From an uncultured Gemmataceae bacterium (GTDB taxonomy: Bacteria; Planctomycetota; Planctomycetia; Gemmatales; Gemmataceae): 64,000 nucleotides of DNA. Positions 22,565 through 31,146 of the stretch are shown here, in pieces. Location of the stretch: positions 128,001-192,000 of the forward strand of contig CAVVPN010000004.1 in NCBI GenBank assembly GCA_963750165.1, in the 5' to 3' direction. The position numbers and the translations under genes were made by a program. The notes beneath the pieces are model-generated. The model was not told the origin of the DNA and ran no database searches. It saw only the letters and a program-made list of their open reading frames with translations. Position 1 is the stretch's first letter, and each line of letters opens with the position of its first letter.

Positions 22565-23839
22565 ATGGCCAAGATCCACATCGAACGCATGATGCACCGC
22601 AACAGCATCGCGGTCGCCGGCGAGACGGCGGCCACGTATGCGTTGATTAAACTCATCCCCGCCGGCGGCGGGGCGAGCAAACCCATGGGCCTCAACCTGG
22701 CGCTGGTGCTCGACGTCAGCGGCTCGATGTACGAGGAGGACGGCACCAGCATCTCGCGACTGCAGCGCGTCCAGGACGCCTCCGTCAACGCCATCAAGAC
22801 GCTCAAGCCCGAGGACACCCTGGCGGTGGTCGGCTTCGCCCACAACGCGATGGTCGTGCTGCCGCCCACCCCTGTCGCCGAAATGAGCAAGATCGAGGAA
22901 GCCATCCGCCGCATCGACATGTTCGACATCGACCAGGGCGGCACCTCGATGGACCAGGGCATGCAGCTGGCCCTCGGCGAACTCGAGAAGGCGGCGCGGC
23001 CCGGCAGCATCGCCCAGATGGTGGTGCTGACCGACGGCGAAACGTCCGGCGAACAGAACTGCCGCAAGCTCGCCCAGGAGGCCGCCACCAAGAAGTGCTC
23101 GCTGACGCTGATGGGCATCGGCACCGACTGGAAGGCCAACCTCATCAAGGATCTGGCCAAGCTCGGTGAGGGCAAGTGGTACTACATCGATACCAACCAG
23201 AAGGCCGAGGCGGAACGCATCTTCGTCGAGGAGTTCCAGCAGCTGGCCACCGCCGCCTTCCCAGACGCCGAGATGCACCTGCGGCTCATGAAGGACATCC
23301 GTCTGAAGCGCATCCGCCAGGTGGTGCCGACCATCAGCGAGCTGAAGCTGGACGAGCCCGAGGAGCGGCACCTGGTCGCCAAGCTCGGCACGTTGACCCA
23401 CGACCAGACTACCAAGTACATCATCGACCTGAGCCTGCCGAAGCGCGCCGACGGCAAGTACGTCATCGCCCAGATGGAGGTGACCTACGACGCCGGCGCC
23501 GGCAAGCGCGAGAGCAGCGGCATGGTGCCCATCGAGATGACCTACACCTCGGCGGGCCACGGCTACGTCAACGCCGAGGTCATGAAGCACATCGACGAGG
23601 TGCAGCTGTCGGAGATGAACAACATCCTGCAGGAGAAGATCGCCCAGGGCAACCAGGAAGAAGTCAAGAAGGTGGCGGAGCAGATCGAGAAGAAGGGCGA
23701 GGTGATGGGGCCGCGAGCCGCCAAGAAGACCATGCTCGCCCGCCAGGCCCTCGATGAACTGAACACCGGCGGCCGCGTTTCCAAGAAGACCATGCTGGCC
23801 ATGGACGACGCCATGCGCGGCGCCGATGAGGCGTCGTGA
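22565..23839 (+). CDS. von Willebrand factor A (vWA) domain protein
   Basis: LNLALVLDVSGSM (MIDAS DxSxS), GGT and LTDG, followed by a beta-rich segment and a helical C-terminus. Confidence 0.92.
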   Translation: MAKIHIERMMHRNSIAVAGETAATYALIKLIPAGGGASKPMGLNLALVLDVSGSMYEEDGTSISRLQRVQDASVNAIKTLKPEDTLAVVGFAHNAMVVLPPTPVAEMSKIEEAIRRIDMFDIDQGGTSMDQGMQLALGELEKAARPGSIAQMVVLTDGETSGEQNCRKLAQEAATKKCSLTLMGIGTDWKANLIKDLAKLGEGKWYYIDTNQKAEAERIFVEEFQQLATAAFPDAEMHLRLMKDIRLKRIRQVVPTISELKLDEPEERHLVAKLGTLTHDQTTKYIIDLSLPKRADGKYVIAQMEVTYDAGAGKRESSGMVPIEMTYTSAGHGYVNAEVMKHIDEVQLSEMNNILQEKIAQGNQEEVKKVAEQIEKKGEVMGPRAAKKTMLARQALDELNTGGRVSKKTMLAMDDAMRGADEAS

Positions 23840-23846
23840 GGCGTCC

Positions 23847-23926
23847 TTCTGCCGCTTGCGGCTTAGCGCGCTGATACCCATCTGACGTTAAAAGGGATGC
23901 AGCGCGCTAAGCCGCAAGCGGCAGAA
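23847..23926. repeat. REP-like palindrome, GCCGCAAGCGGC family
   Basis: ttctgccgcttgcggcttagcgcgctg / cagcgcgctaagccgcaagcggcagaa. Confidence 0.85.
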
Positions 23927-24068
23927 AACAGAGACAACCACTCTCCGCACGGACGCGGCTGACCCAGCGCGTCGCCCGCAGTTCGCCCCCAACCCGATTG
24001 CCACGTGCCCCGCGGCCGCCTCTCTCGGTTGACTGCGGCGCGGGCACCTGTCCGGAGGTTATGCCACA

Positions 24069-24962
24069 ATGTTGAAGTGTCCCTTCTGTGGATTTGACAA
24101 CGAGGACGGTGCGCTGTTCTGCGAGCAGTGCAAGTCCGACCTGAGCATGGTCCCCGCGCCCGTCGCCGCCGCGGCTGCACCTGTGCCCATGGCCGCGCCA
24201 ATGGCGGAGATCATGGGCGGCGCCGTCGAAGCCGTGCCAATGGCCGCCATCCTCGAAGACACCATCCCGCTGGCGCCGATGGGCGAGCCAGTGCCGATGG
24301 CCGCCCCGATGGATCAAAACATCCCGATGGCGCCGATCGTGGAAGAGCCGCCGATGGCCGCTCCCATCGTCGAAGCGGCGGTGGCCGCCGTCGCCGAAGT
24401 TGTCGCGCCGCCTGCGCCGCCGCCAGCCCCGGTCCCGGCCGCGCTCATCCCGGAGCCGGTGCCGCCGCCACCGATGCCGGTTGAAGCACCGCCGCCGGCC
24501 CCAGTTGCGGCCCCGCCGCCGGCTCCGGTCCCGGTTGCCGCTGCCCCGCCCCCGCCCCCGCCGGCTCCGGCCCCAGTCGCGCCGCCGCCCGCGCCGGCCG
24601 CCGTCGCGCCGCCCGCCGCGGGGCCGGGCATGCCGCCCGGTGCTCAGCCCCGGCTGGTGGTTGTCCGCGGCCAGAAGCTCAACTTCGAGTTCCCGATTTA
24701 CGAGGGCCACAACTACATCGGTCGCGCGGACGAGAAGCCGGTGGACATCGACCTGGAAGACCAGGAACCGCCGGATCGCGTCTGGTGCTCGCGGCAGCAC
24801 GCCCTCATCACGTTCGAGGAGAACCAGCTGCTGCTCGAGGATCTCAACAGCGCCAACGGCACCTACGTCAATCGCGCCCGCGTCTACCCGGGTCGCAAAC
24901 AGTCGCTGAACCCCAACGACGTGATTCAGATTGGCACGGTCCATCTGAAGGTCAAGGTCTGA
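24069..24962 (+). CDS. Zn-ribbon + Pro/Ala-rich linker + FHA domain protein
   Basis: CPFC..N...ALFCEQC; FHA motifs IGR...SRQHA...EDLNSANGTYVN...DVIQIG. Confidence 0.92.
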   Translation: MLKCPFCGFDNEDGALFCEQCKSDLSMVPAPVAAAAAPVPMAAPMAEIMGGAVEAVPMAAILEDTIPLAPMGEPVPMAAPMDQNIPMAPIVEEPPMAAPIVEAAVAAVAEVVAPPAPPPAPVPAALIPEPVPPPPMPVEAPPPAPVAAPPPAPVPVAAAPPPPPPAPAPVAPPPAPAAVAPPAAGPGMPPGAQPRLVVVRGQKLNFEFPIYEGHNYIGRADEKPVDIDLEDQEPPDRVWCSRQHALITFEENQLLLEDLNSANGTYVNRARVYPGRKQSLNPNDVIQIGTVHLKVKV

Positions 24963-24966
24963 CGGA

Positions 24967-25122
24967 AATTGCAAATTGCAGATTGCAGATTGCAAATTGA
25001 AAGACATGGTTCGTAGTACCGCCTTTAGGCGGAATCTGACACGCTGATTCCGCCTAAAGGCGGTACTACGAACGCAGACAACCGGCTTTCAATTTGCAAT
25101 CTGCAATCTGCAATTTGCAATT
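24967..25122. repeat. Nested palindrome: heptamer-arm hairpin enclosing a GTAG-type REP doublet
   Basis: Perfect 37-bp outer arms (24967-25003, 25086-25122) built from (ATTGCAR)n. Perfect 28-bp inner arms (25009-25036, 25046-25073). Confidence 0.92.
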
Positions 25123-25138
25123 CACTAAGGAATGGGTT

Positions 25139-27867
25139 ATGTCGCAAACCTGCCAGAAATGTTCGCACGTCAACCCTGACGACGCCTCGTACTGCTACTA
25201 CGACGGGGCGGCGCTCGCCGGCCACTCCGCCAACGGCGGCCCGGTCAACGCCGGCTCGCAGCCCTTTCCCAGTCAGTTCGTCTTCCCAACCGGCCAGACC
25301 TGCCGCAACTTCGATCAGCTGGCCACCGCCTGTCAGCAGAACTGGGCCGCGGCTGTCGGTCTGCTGCGCCAGGGCTTTCTGGCCAGCTTCCTGGGCGGAC
25401 TCGGTCGCGCTGACCTGGCGATGGCGGCCCAGGAGTCAGCGCGCTTCCCCGACGCCGACCGTGGCCTCGACCAGCTGCTCGCCAAGCTGCCCTCGCAGGT
25501 GCTGGAAGCGCCCAGGCTGCTCGTCGAACCCACCGAGGTCAACCTCGGCGTCGTGCCGCTGGGCACCGACCGCCACTTTGAATTGCACCTGGCCAACCAG
25601 GGCATGCGGCTGCTGTACGGCTCGGTCGTCTCGGACTGCAAATGGTTGACGCTCGGCGAGGCGCCCGGCTCGTCGCAGAAATTGTTCCAGTTCGGCAGCG
25701 ACACGATCATCCTGGTGCAGGTTCGCGGCCAGCACCTGCGCGCCGGCAGCAAGGCACTGGAAGGCCATCTGGTCATCGAATCCAACGCCGGCGCGGTGAC
25801 CCTGACCGTCAAGGCGGACGTGCCGGTCAAGCCGTTCAAGGACGGCGTGCTGGCCGGCGCGACCAGTCCGCGGCAGGTGGCGGAGAAGGCCAAGGCGCAC
25901 CCCAAGGAATCCGCCGCCCTGTTCGAGAAGGGCGCGGTCGCGGCCTGGTTCAAGGAGAACGGCTGGACCTATCCGGTGCAGGGCCCCAGCGCCAGCGGCC
26001 TCGGTGCCGTGCAGCAGTTCTTCGAGGCCCTCGGGTTGGCGAAAGCGCCCGTCGTGGAGGTGACGCAGAAGTCGCTTGCGTTGCGCGGCGATCCGGGCCA
26101 GCCGCTCAAGGCGGAGATCGAGGTCAAGACGCAGGAAAAGCGACCGGTCTACGCGCACGCCACCAGCGATCAGCCGTGGCTGGACGTGAGCAAGACGCAG
26201 CTGAACGGTCGTCAGGCGCTGGTGCAGGTCGCGGTGACGGTGCCGAACCGCCCCGGTGAAACGTTGCAGGGCAAGGTGAAGGTGCAGGCCAACGGCAACC
26301 AGCGCTTCGTGGTGCCGGTGACGGTGCAGGTCGGCCGCGGCACTGGTTTCGTGGGCAATCTCCAGCACCAGCCGGTCGCCGCGGAACCTGTCCTGGCGCT
26401 GGCCGTCGAGGCGGTGCCGATGACGGCCCGGGTCGTCCACGCGCAGGCGGTCGCGGCCGAGCCGGTGGTGGCGGCGGTGGCCGCGGGCGGCAACTCCTTC
26501 GACTTCGACAACGCGCCGGTGGTGCAGGCCATCGTGGCGCCGGGTGGGCCGGTGATGGCGGCGCCGGTCATCGCGCCGACGGTTGGCGGTCGCCATCGCA
26601 GGGGGCAGCAGGACGAGACACCGTTCTGGCTGCATTTGCTGCCGTTGGTGGTTCTCTTCGTCGCGCTGCTCGGCGTCGTCGGCTGGGACATCTTTTTCGC
26701 GCCCGGGCCGACCAGCCCGATCCCGAGCCCATCGACCCGACGCCGCGCGTGCAGATCGGCTACGACGACGGCGGCGTGGACGAATTCGGGCGGCGCTGCG
26801 GCCAGTCGATGCGCATCGGCGAGACCGTGATCAACGCCAAGAACCCGAAGGACAACGGCAAGAAGTTGACGTTCCACGGCCACGGCGGCACCAACAGCAC
26901 GGTTGTGCTGGTGGACGGCCGGCCGATGTTCTTCGGCCCCCCCAGTCCCGGCCGCTGGTCGCCGATGAAAGAGGATTATGGCAGGTGGGGCGGCAAAAAA
27001 TCCGTCTGGAAGTATGACGACGGCATCACCGTCACTCAGTACGTGGAATTGTACCCCGGCGAGCCCGTGGAAGTGGACGGCCACTTCAAGCGCCAGCTCG
27101 ACACCGTCCGGGTGCGCTATGTCATCGAGAACCATGACAAACAGCCGCACCAGGTGGGCATTCGCGTCCTGATCGACACGCTCATCGGCAAGGACATTTC
27201 CAACGATGGCGTGCCGTTTACCGTGCCGGGGCTCAAGAAATTGGTGAAGGACTTCTACGACGTGGAATCCCCGCAGCCGATCCCGGACTTCGTGCAGGTA
27301 CTGGAGAACCCCGATCTGAAGAATCCGGGTATCGTCGGTTACATCAACCTCAAACTCGGCGGCAAGGTGGAGCCGCCGAGCCGCCTGAGCCTGACGCGCT
27401 GGCAGCAGGCACGGCTGCAAGACTGGGAAATCCCCATCGTGCCCATCCAGGATCCCAAGGGGGGGGCGGACTCCTCCGTGGTCATCTACTGGAAGGCGAA
27501 GGAGCTAAGGCCGGGCGGGGAGCGCGAGGTCGGCTACAGTTACGGCCTGGGCGACGTGTCCAGCAAGAGCGGCATGCTGGCCATCACGGTCGGCGGCGTC
27601 AAGACGCCGGGCCAGGAATTGACCGTCACCGCCCTGGTGCAGTCGCCGAAGGCCGGCGAAAAACTGACGCTCAAGTTGCCGGACGGCATGAGGTTCAAGG
27701 AGGGCGTCAGTGCCGAGCAAGTGGTGCCGCCTGAACAGGGCGGGCAAGCGCCCGTGACCTGGCACATCGAGGCGACCCGGCAGGGCAATTTTGACCTGGA
27801 GGTAACCTCTACCTCGGGTGTCAAGCAGAAGAAGCGCGTCGTCATCAAGGAGTCGTCCATCTTCTGA
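25139..27867 (+). CDS. Single-pass membrane protein: Zn-ribbon-like + 2x(helical + Ig-like) module, linker, TM, extracytoplasmic beta-rich + Ig-like domains; frameshift ~26703
   Basis: ORFs 25094..26830 and 26749..27867 join after the TM (WLHLLPLVVLFVALLGVVGW). N-terminus is paralogous to 20137; C-terminus is paralogous to 2597..4708. Confidence 0.78.
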
Positions 27868-27893
27868 CGCCGACATGCTCAGTGGAAAACCGA

Positions 27894-27961
27894 GGCGAGC
27901 GGCGCGGCGTCAGGCCGCCGGTACTTCAGCGCACCGGCGGGCTGACGCCGCGCCGCTCGCC
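27894..27961. repeat. REP palindrome, GGCGAGCGGCGCGGCGTC family
   Basis: ggcgagcggcgcggcgtcaggccgccggt / accggcgggctgacgccgcgccgctcgcc. Confidence 0.85.
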
Positions 27962-28077
27962 GCAGGCTGCTGCCGACTGTTTTCATCTCCTGCGCGGCAT
28001 TTCCCGCGGCGTCCCTGGTGTTTGTGACCTACACTTCGAGTGGGACACCCTTTCCACCATGCTTGTGGATACAGCGT

Positions 28078-29487
28078 ATGGTCGGGCGCATGTTTCTGGG
28101 TCGCTATGAGACGCTCCGCCTGCTGGGCGAGGGCGGCATGGGACGCGTCTACCTCGCCAAACAGACCGACCTCGGCCGTCAGGTGGTCGTGAAAGTGATG
28201 CACGACCACATCGCCCTGGACCCGAAGTTCCGCGAACGCTTCCAGCGCGAAACGCTGCTGATGGCACGGTTCCAGCACCCCTATGTGGTCACCCTCTACG
28301 ACGCCTCGCTGACCGATCCGCAGGGCCCGTGCATCGTCATGGAGTACATCCGCGGCGTGACGCTCGACACGCTGCTGCACCGCAATGGCCGGCTCAACCC
28401 GGCCCGCATCGCCCGGCTGCTGGGCCAGCTCTGCGAGGCGCTGCAGGCCGCCCACACCGAAGGCATCGTCCACCGCGATCTGAAGCCGGCCAACCTGATG
28501 GTGGTGGACCCGGACACGCCCTACGAGAAGATCAAGGTGATGGACTTCGGCCTCGCCAAGCTGATCGACGCGCCGGCGCGGCCGTTGAACAAGGTCAGCG
28601 ACACCGGCGCGGACTTCGCGGTCGGCACACCTGGCTACATCTCACCGGAGCAGGTGCGCGGCGACGAGACCGACCACCGCAGCGACCTGTACAGCGTTGG
28701 CATCATCCTCTTCGAACTGCTGACGGGCCGGCTGCCATTCACCGGCAGCGAGACGATGGACGTGCTGCTGGCGCACGCGACGACGCCGCCGCCAACGTTC
28801 GCGGAGATCGGCGCCGCCGACTTTTTGTCGCCGGCTGTCGAGCAGGTGGTGCAGGCGTGCCTGGCCAAGCACCCCTCCGAGCGGCCCTCCACCGCCCGCG
28901 AGCTGGCCGAGCGCTACGAGGGCGCCCTGGCGGTCGATGAGAACCGCACGTTGACGCCGGCCGCCATCCGGCAGCTGCGCCGCGACGAACGGCGGACGCC
29001 GCCGCAGCGGACGCCGCCGGAGGACACGCCCCGCGACATCGCGGCCGATCCGGACAACATGCCGCCGCTGCCGCCGCCGGAGTACGACGATCCGAGCGTG
29101 GTCGTCCACCACCTGGAGGCGTGGATGCCGGAGATGATCGCGGCGTACAAGCTGCGCGGCTTCGTGGAGGATGTGGGCGGCGAGGTGATCGAGTGCGTGC
29201 CGGGGCTGATCCGCGTGCGTCTGGGCGGCCGTGGCAGTCCGTACTGGTCGGGCAACAGCAGTCCGCTGTCGTGGCTGGGCCTCGGCCGTCGGGCGGGCAT
29301 GGTGGACGTGGAACTGCGCCTGCAGCGTGCCAACCCGAGCCAGCAGAGTCTGTTGACCATCACCGTGCTGATGCGCTCGCCGACCGCCGGCACACCGAAC
29401 AGCGCCTGGCGCAATCGCTGCAATCAAATCTTCTGCGACCTGCGCGCGTACTTGATGGGCCAGGGAACCGTCACCGAAGCAAGGTGA
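28078..29487 (+). CDS. Hanks-type Ser/Thr protein kinase, cytoplasmic, with uncharacterised C-terminal domain
   Basis: LGEGGMGRVY, VVVK, HRDLKPAN, DFG, GTPGYISPEQ, DLYSVG. No TM segment. Confidence 0.95.
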   Translation: MVGRMFLGRYETLRLLGEGGMGRVYLAKQTDLGRQVVVKVMHDHIALDPKFRERFQRETLLMARFQHPYVVTLYDASLTDPQGPCIVMEYIRGVTLDTLLHRNGRLNPARIARLLGQLCEALQAAHTEGIVHRDLKPANLMVVDPDTPYEKIKVMDFGLAKLIDAPARPLNKVSDTGADFAVGTPGYISPEQVRGDETDHRSDLYSVGIILFELLTGRLPFTGSETMDVLLAHATTPPPTFAEIGAADFLSPAVEQVVQACLAKHPSERPSTARELAERYEGALAVDENRTLTPAAIRQLRRDERRTPPQRTPPEDTPRDIAADPDNMPPLPPPEYDDPSVVVHHLEAWMPEMIAAYKLRGFVEDVGGEVIECVPGLIRVRLGGRGSPYWSGNSSPLSWLGLGRRAGMVDVELRLQRANPSQQSLLTITVLMRSPTAGTPNSAWRNRCNQIFCDLRAYLMGQGTVTEAR

Positions 29488-29545
29488 GGGGGTGAAGGGG
29501 TGAGGGGGTGAAAGAGCAGTTGTCTTTCACCCCCTCACCCCCTCA
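29483..29545. repeat. Hairpin with octamer (GGTGARGG)n arms
   Basis: ggtgagggggtgaaggggtgagggggtgaaaga / tctttcaccccctcaccccctca between convergent genes; it includes the kinase stop codon. Confidence 0.85.
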
Positions 29546-29548
29546 TCT

Positions 29549-31015
29549 TCAACGCACTCGAACCTGAAAGCTCACGGTGCCGCTCTGTCCCGGCGGCAGC
29601 GGTTCGTTGATCTCCCAGCGCAACACCGCCGAGCCGGCTTCGTTCAACTGCGTGGTGAAAACGCCATCGCGATCCGAGCGGGCACTGCCCGCCACGTATT
29701 CCAGCCGGCCCGTCAGGCTGTCCGACACGACCACGTTGGTCACCGGCCGGCCGCCCTCGTTGGTGTACTTCAGGTAGAACGTGATGATCTCGCCGATGGC
29801 GGCGCCGCACTTGTCCGGCCACTTGATGATCCGCAGCGGCCGCTCCGGCACCACCGCCTCCGGCTTCGCGCAGGTGCCGCTCACGTCCTGCGTGCCGCGC
29901 ACCCTCGCCACCACGTCCAGGCCAGAGTAGCGGCCGCTGACGCTCGTCACCTGTACCGCCCCCGTCGTGCTCGACTTTTGCCCCGCCGCCAGGCTGCTCA
30001 GGTGCGCCTGCTGTGTCTCCACGAACGCCTGCCGCTGGCTCAGCAGTGTCCCCTGATTCTGCACCAGCGTCGCCCGGCCCGGCCCCGTCAGCGCCACGTG
30101 CGCCAGCGCCGCCGCCTCACCGCGCATCACCAGGAACCGCGGGATACACAGACAGACGCGGTTGGACACGGCGATGCGCCGCTGGTTCTGGCTGTCGGTG
30201 TACTCGGCGACGGTGTCGGAGGCGTCCAGGCCGAGCAGCCGGCCGTCGGGGCCGTAGCCGACCGGCGCCCCGCGATCCCCGCCGTCCCAGAAACAGATCT
30301 CGTCAGCCCGTGACGCGGGACCGAGCTTCGGATCGTACAGCTGATAGCAGCTCCACGCCAGCCACGGCTGGTCGCGCGGCAGCGGTAGCACGGTTTCGCC
30401 TGGCAGCAGCATCGTGCCAGGGATGCTCAGCGCGGCCAGCTCCTCCGGCGAAAACTTGCGGTCGCCGAACTTGACCACCAGCAGCGGCCGGCCGCGCTCG
30501 GCGATGGCCTTGAGCGGATCGGTGCCCACAGGCACGTCGATCTCGATGGGGCGGTTGGCTTCCGTGGGCAGCGGCAGGGCGTTGTCGGGGCGTTCGAGCG
30601 CCACGGCCTTGGTCACGAGGGCGTCGGACAGGACGCTGCGGAAGTCCTCGTCGCGGAAGAGGAGCGCGGCGGGGTGGTCCGACAGCTTGAGCGACGGCGG
30701 CAGCACGAAGGAGCCGCGCACCTCCAGGGCAGGGTAGAGCTTGACGCCGGGGAAGCGCGGCATGCCGCTGACCTCGACGCGGTAGGCGAAGCCGGGCCGC
30801 AGGCCGACGGTGCAGGGCGCCTCGAAGGTGCGGCCGGCCGGACCGTCGCGGTAGAAGGTGACCTTGACGCCCGGCGGTCCACTGAAGCGCACGAACAGCA
30901 GCGGCGGCGTGACCGGAGCGGCCGGCACCAGCGGCTGCGGTTGCGGCACCTGCCCGAGCGCCGCGGCGCCGCCGACGAGCAGCAGACCCAGCGCGAATAA
31001 GGATCGGCGGCACAT
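29549..31015 (-). CDS. Secreted protein with C-terminal DUF11 (Ig-like) domain
   Basis: Signal peptide; C-terminal K.PDK..A.IGE.ITF.L.Y.N.G...V.NVVVSDSL...LEYV.GS...LRW....L.PG..G.V.F.V.V. Confidence 0.85.
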   Translation of the reverse strand: MCRRSLFALGLLLVGGAAALGQVPQPQPLVPAAPVTPPLLFVRFSGPPGVKVTFYRDGPAGRTFEAPCTVGLRPGFAYRVEVSGMPRFPGVKLYPALEVRGSFVLPPSLKLSDHPAALLFRDEDFRSVLSDALVTKAVALERPDNALPLPTEANRPIEIDVPVGTDPLKAIAERGRPLLVVKFGDRKFSPEELAALSIPGTMLLPGETVLPLPRDQPWLAWSCYQLYDPKLGPASRADEICFWDGGDRGAPVGYGPDGRLLGLDASDTVAEYTDSQNQRRIAVSNRVCLCIPRFLVMRGEAAALAHVALTGPGRATLVQNQGTLLSQRQAFVETQQAHLSSLAAGQKSSTTGAVQVTSVSGRYSGLDVVARVRGTQDVSGTCAKPEAVVPERPLRIIKWPDKCGAAIGEIITFYLKYTNEGGRPVTNVVVSDSLTGRLEYVAGSARSDRDGVFTTQLNEAGSAVLRWEINEPLPPGQSGTVSFQVRVR

Positions 31016-31044
31016 GGCATGATCCTGACGTGAGAGGGGTCATT

Positions 31045-31107
31045 GCTTTCAGCCGCTTGCCGTGGGGGCAGGCTGGAAAGCCTGCTCCACGGCAAGCGGC
31101 TGAAAGC
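31045..31107. repeat. Intergenic palindrome / terminator-like
   Basis: gctttcagccgcttgccgtgg.gcaggct / agcctgctccacggcaagcggctgaaagc. Confidence 0.8.
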
Positions 31108-31146
31108 TGGGTCGAAGCGCTTGCACAAAGCGCCCGGGGCTCAGTG

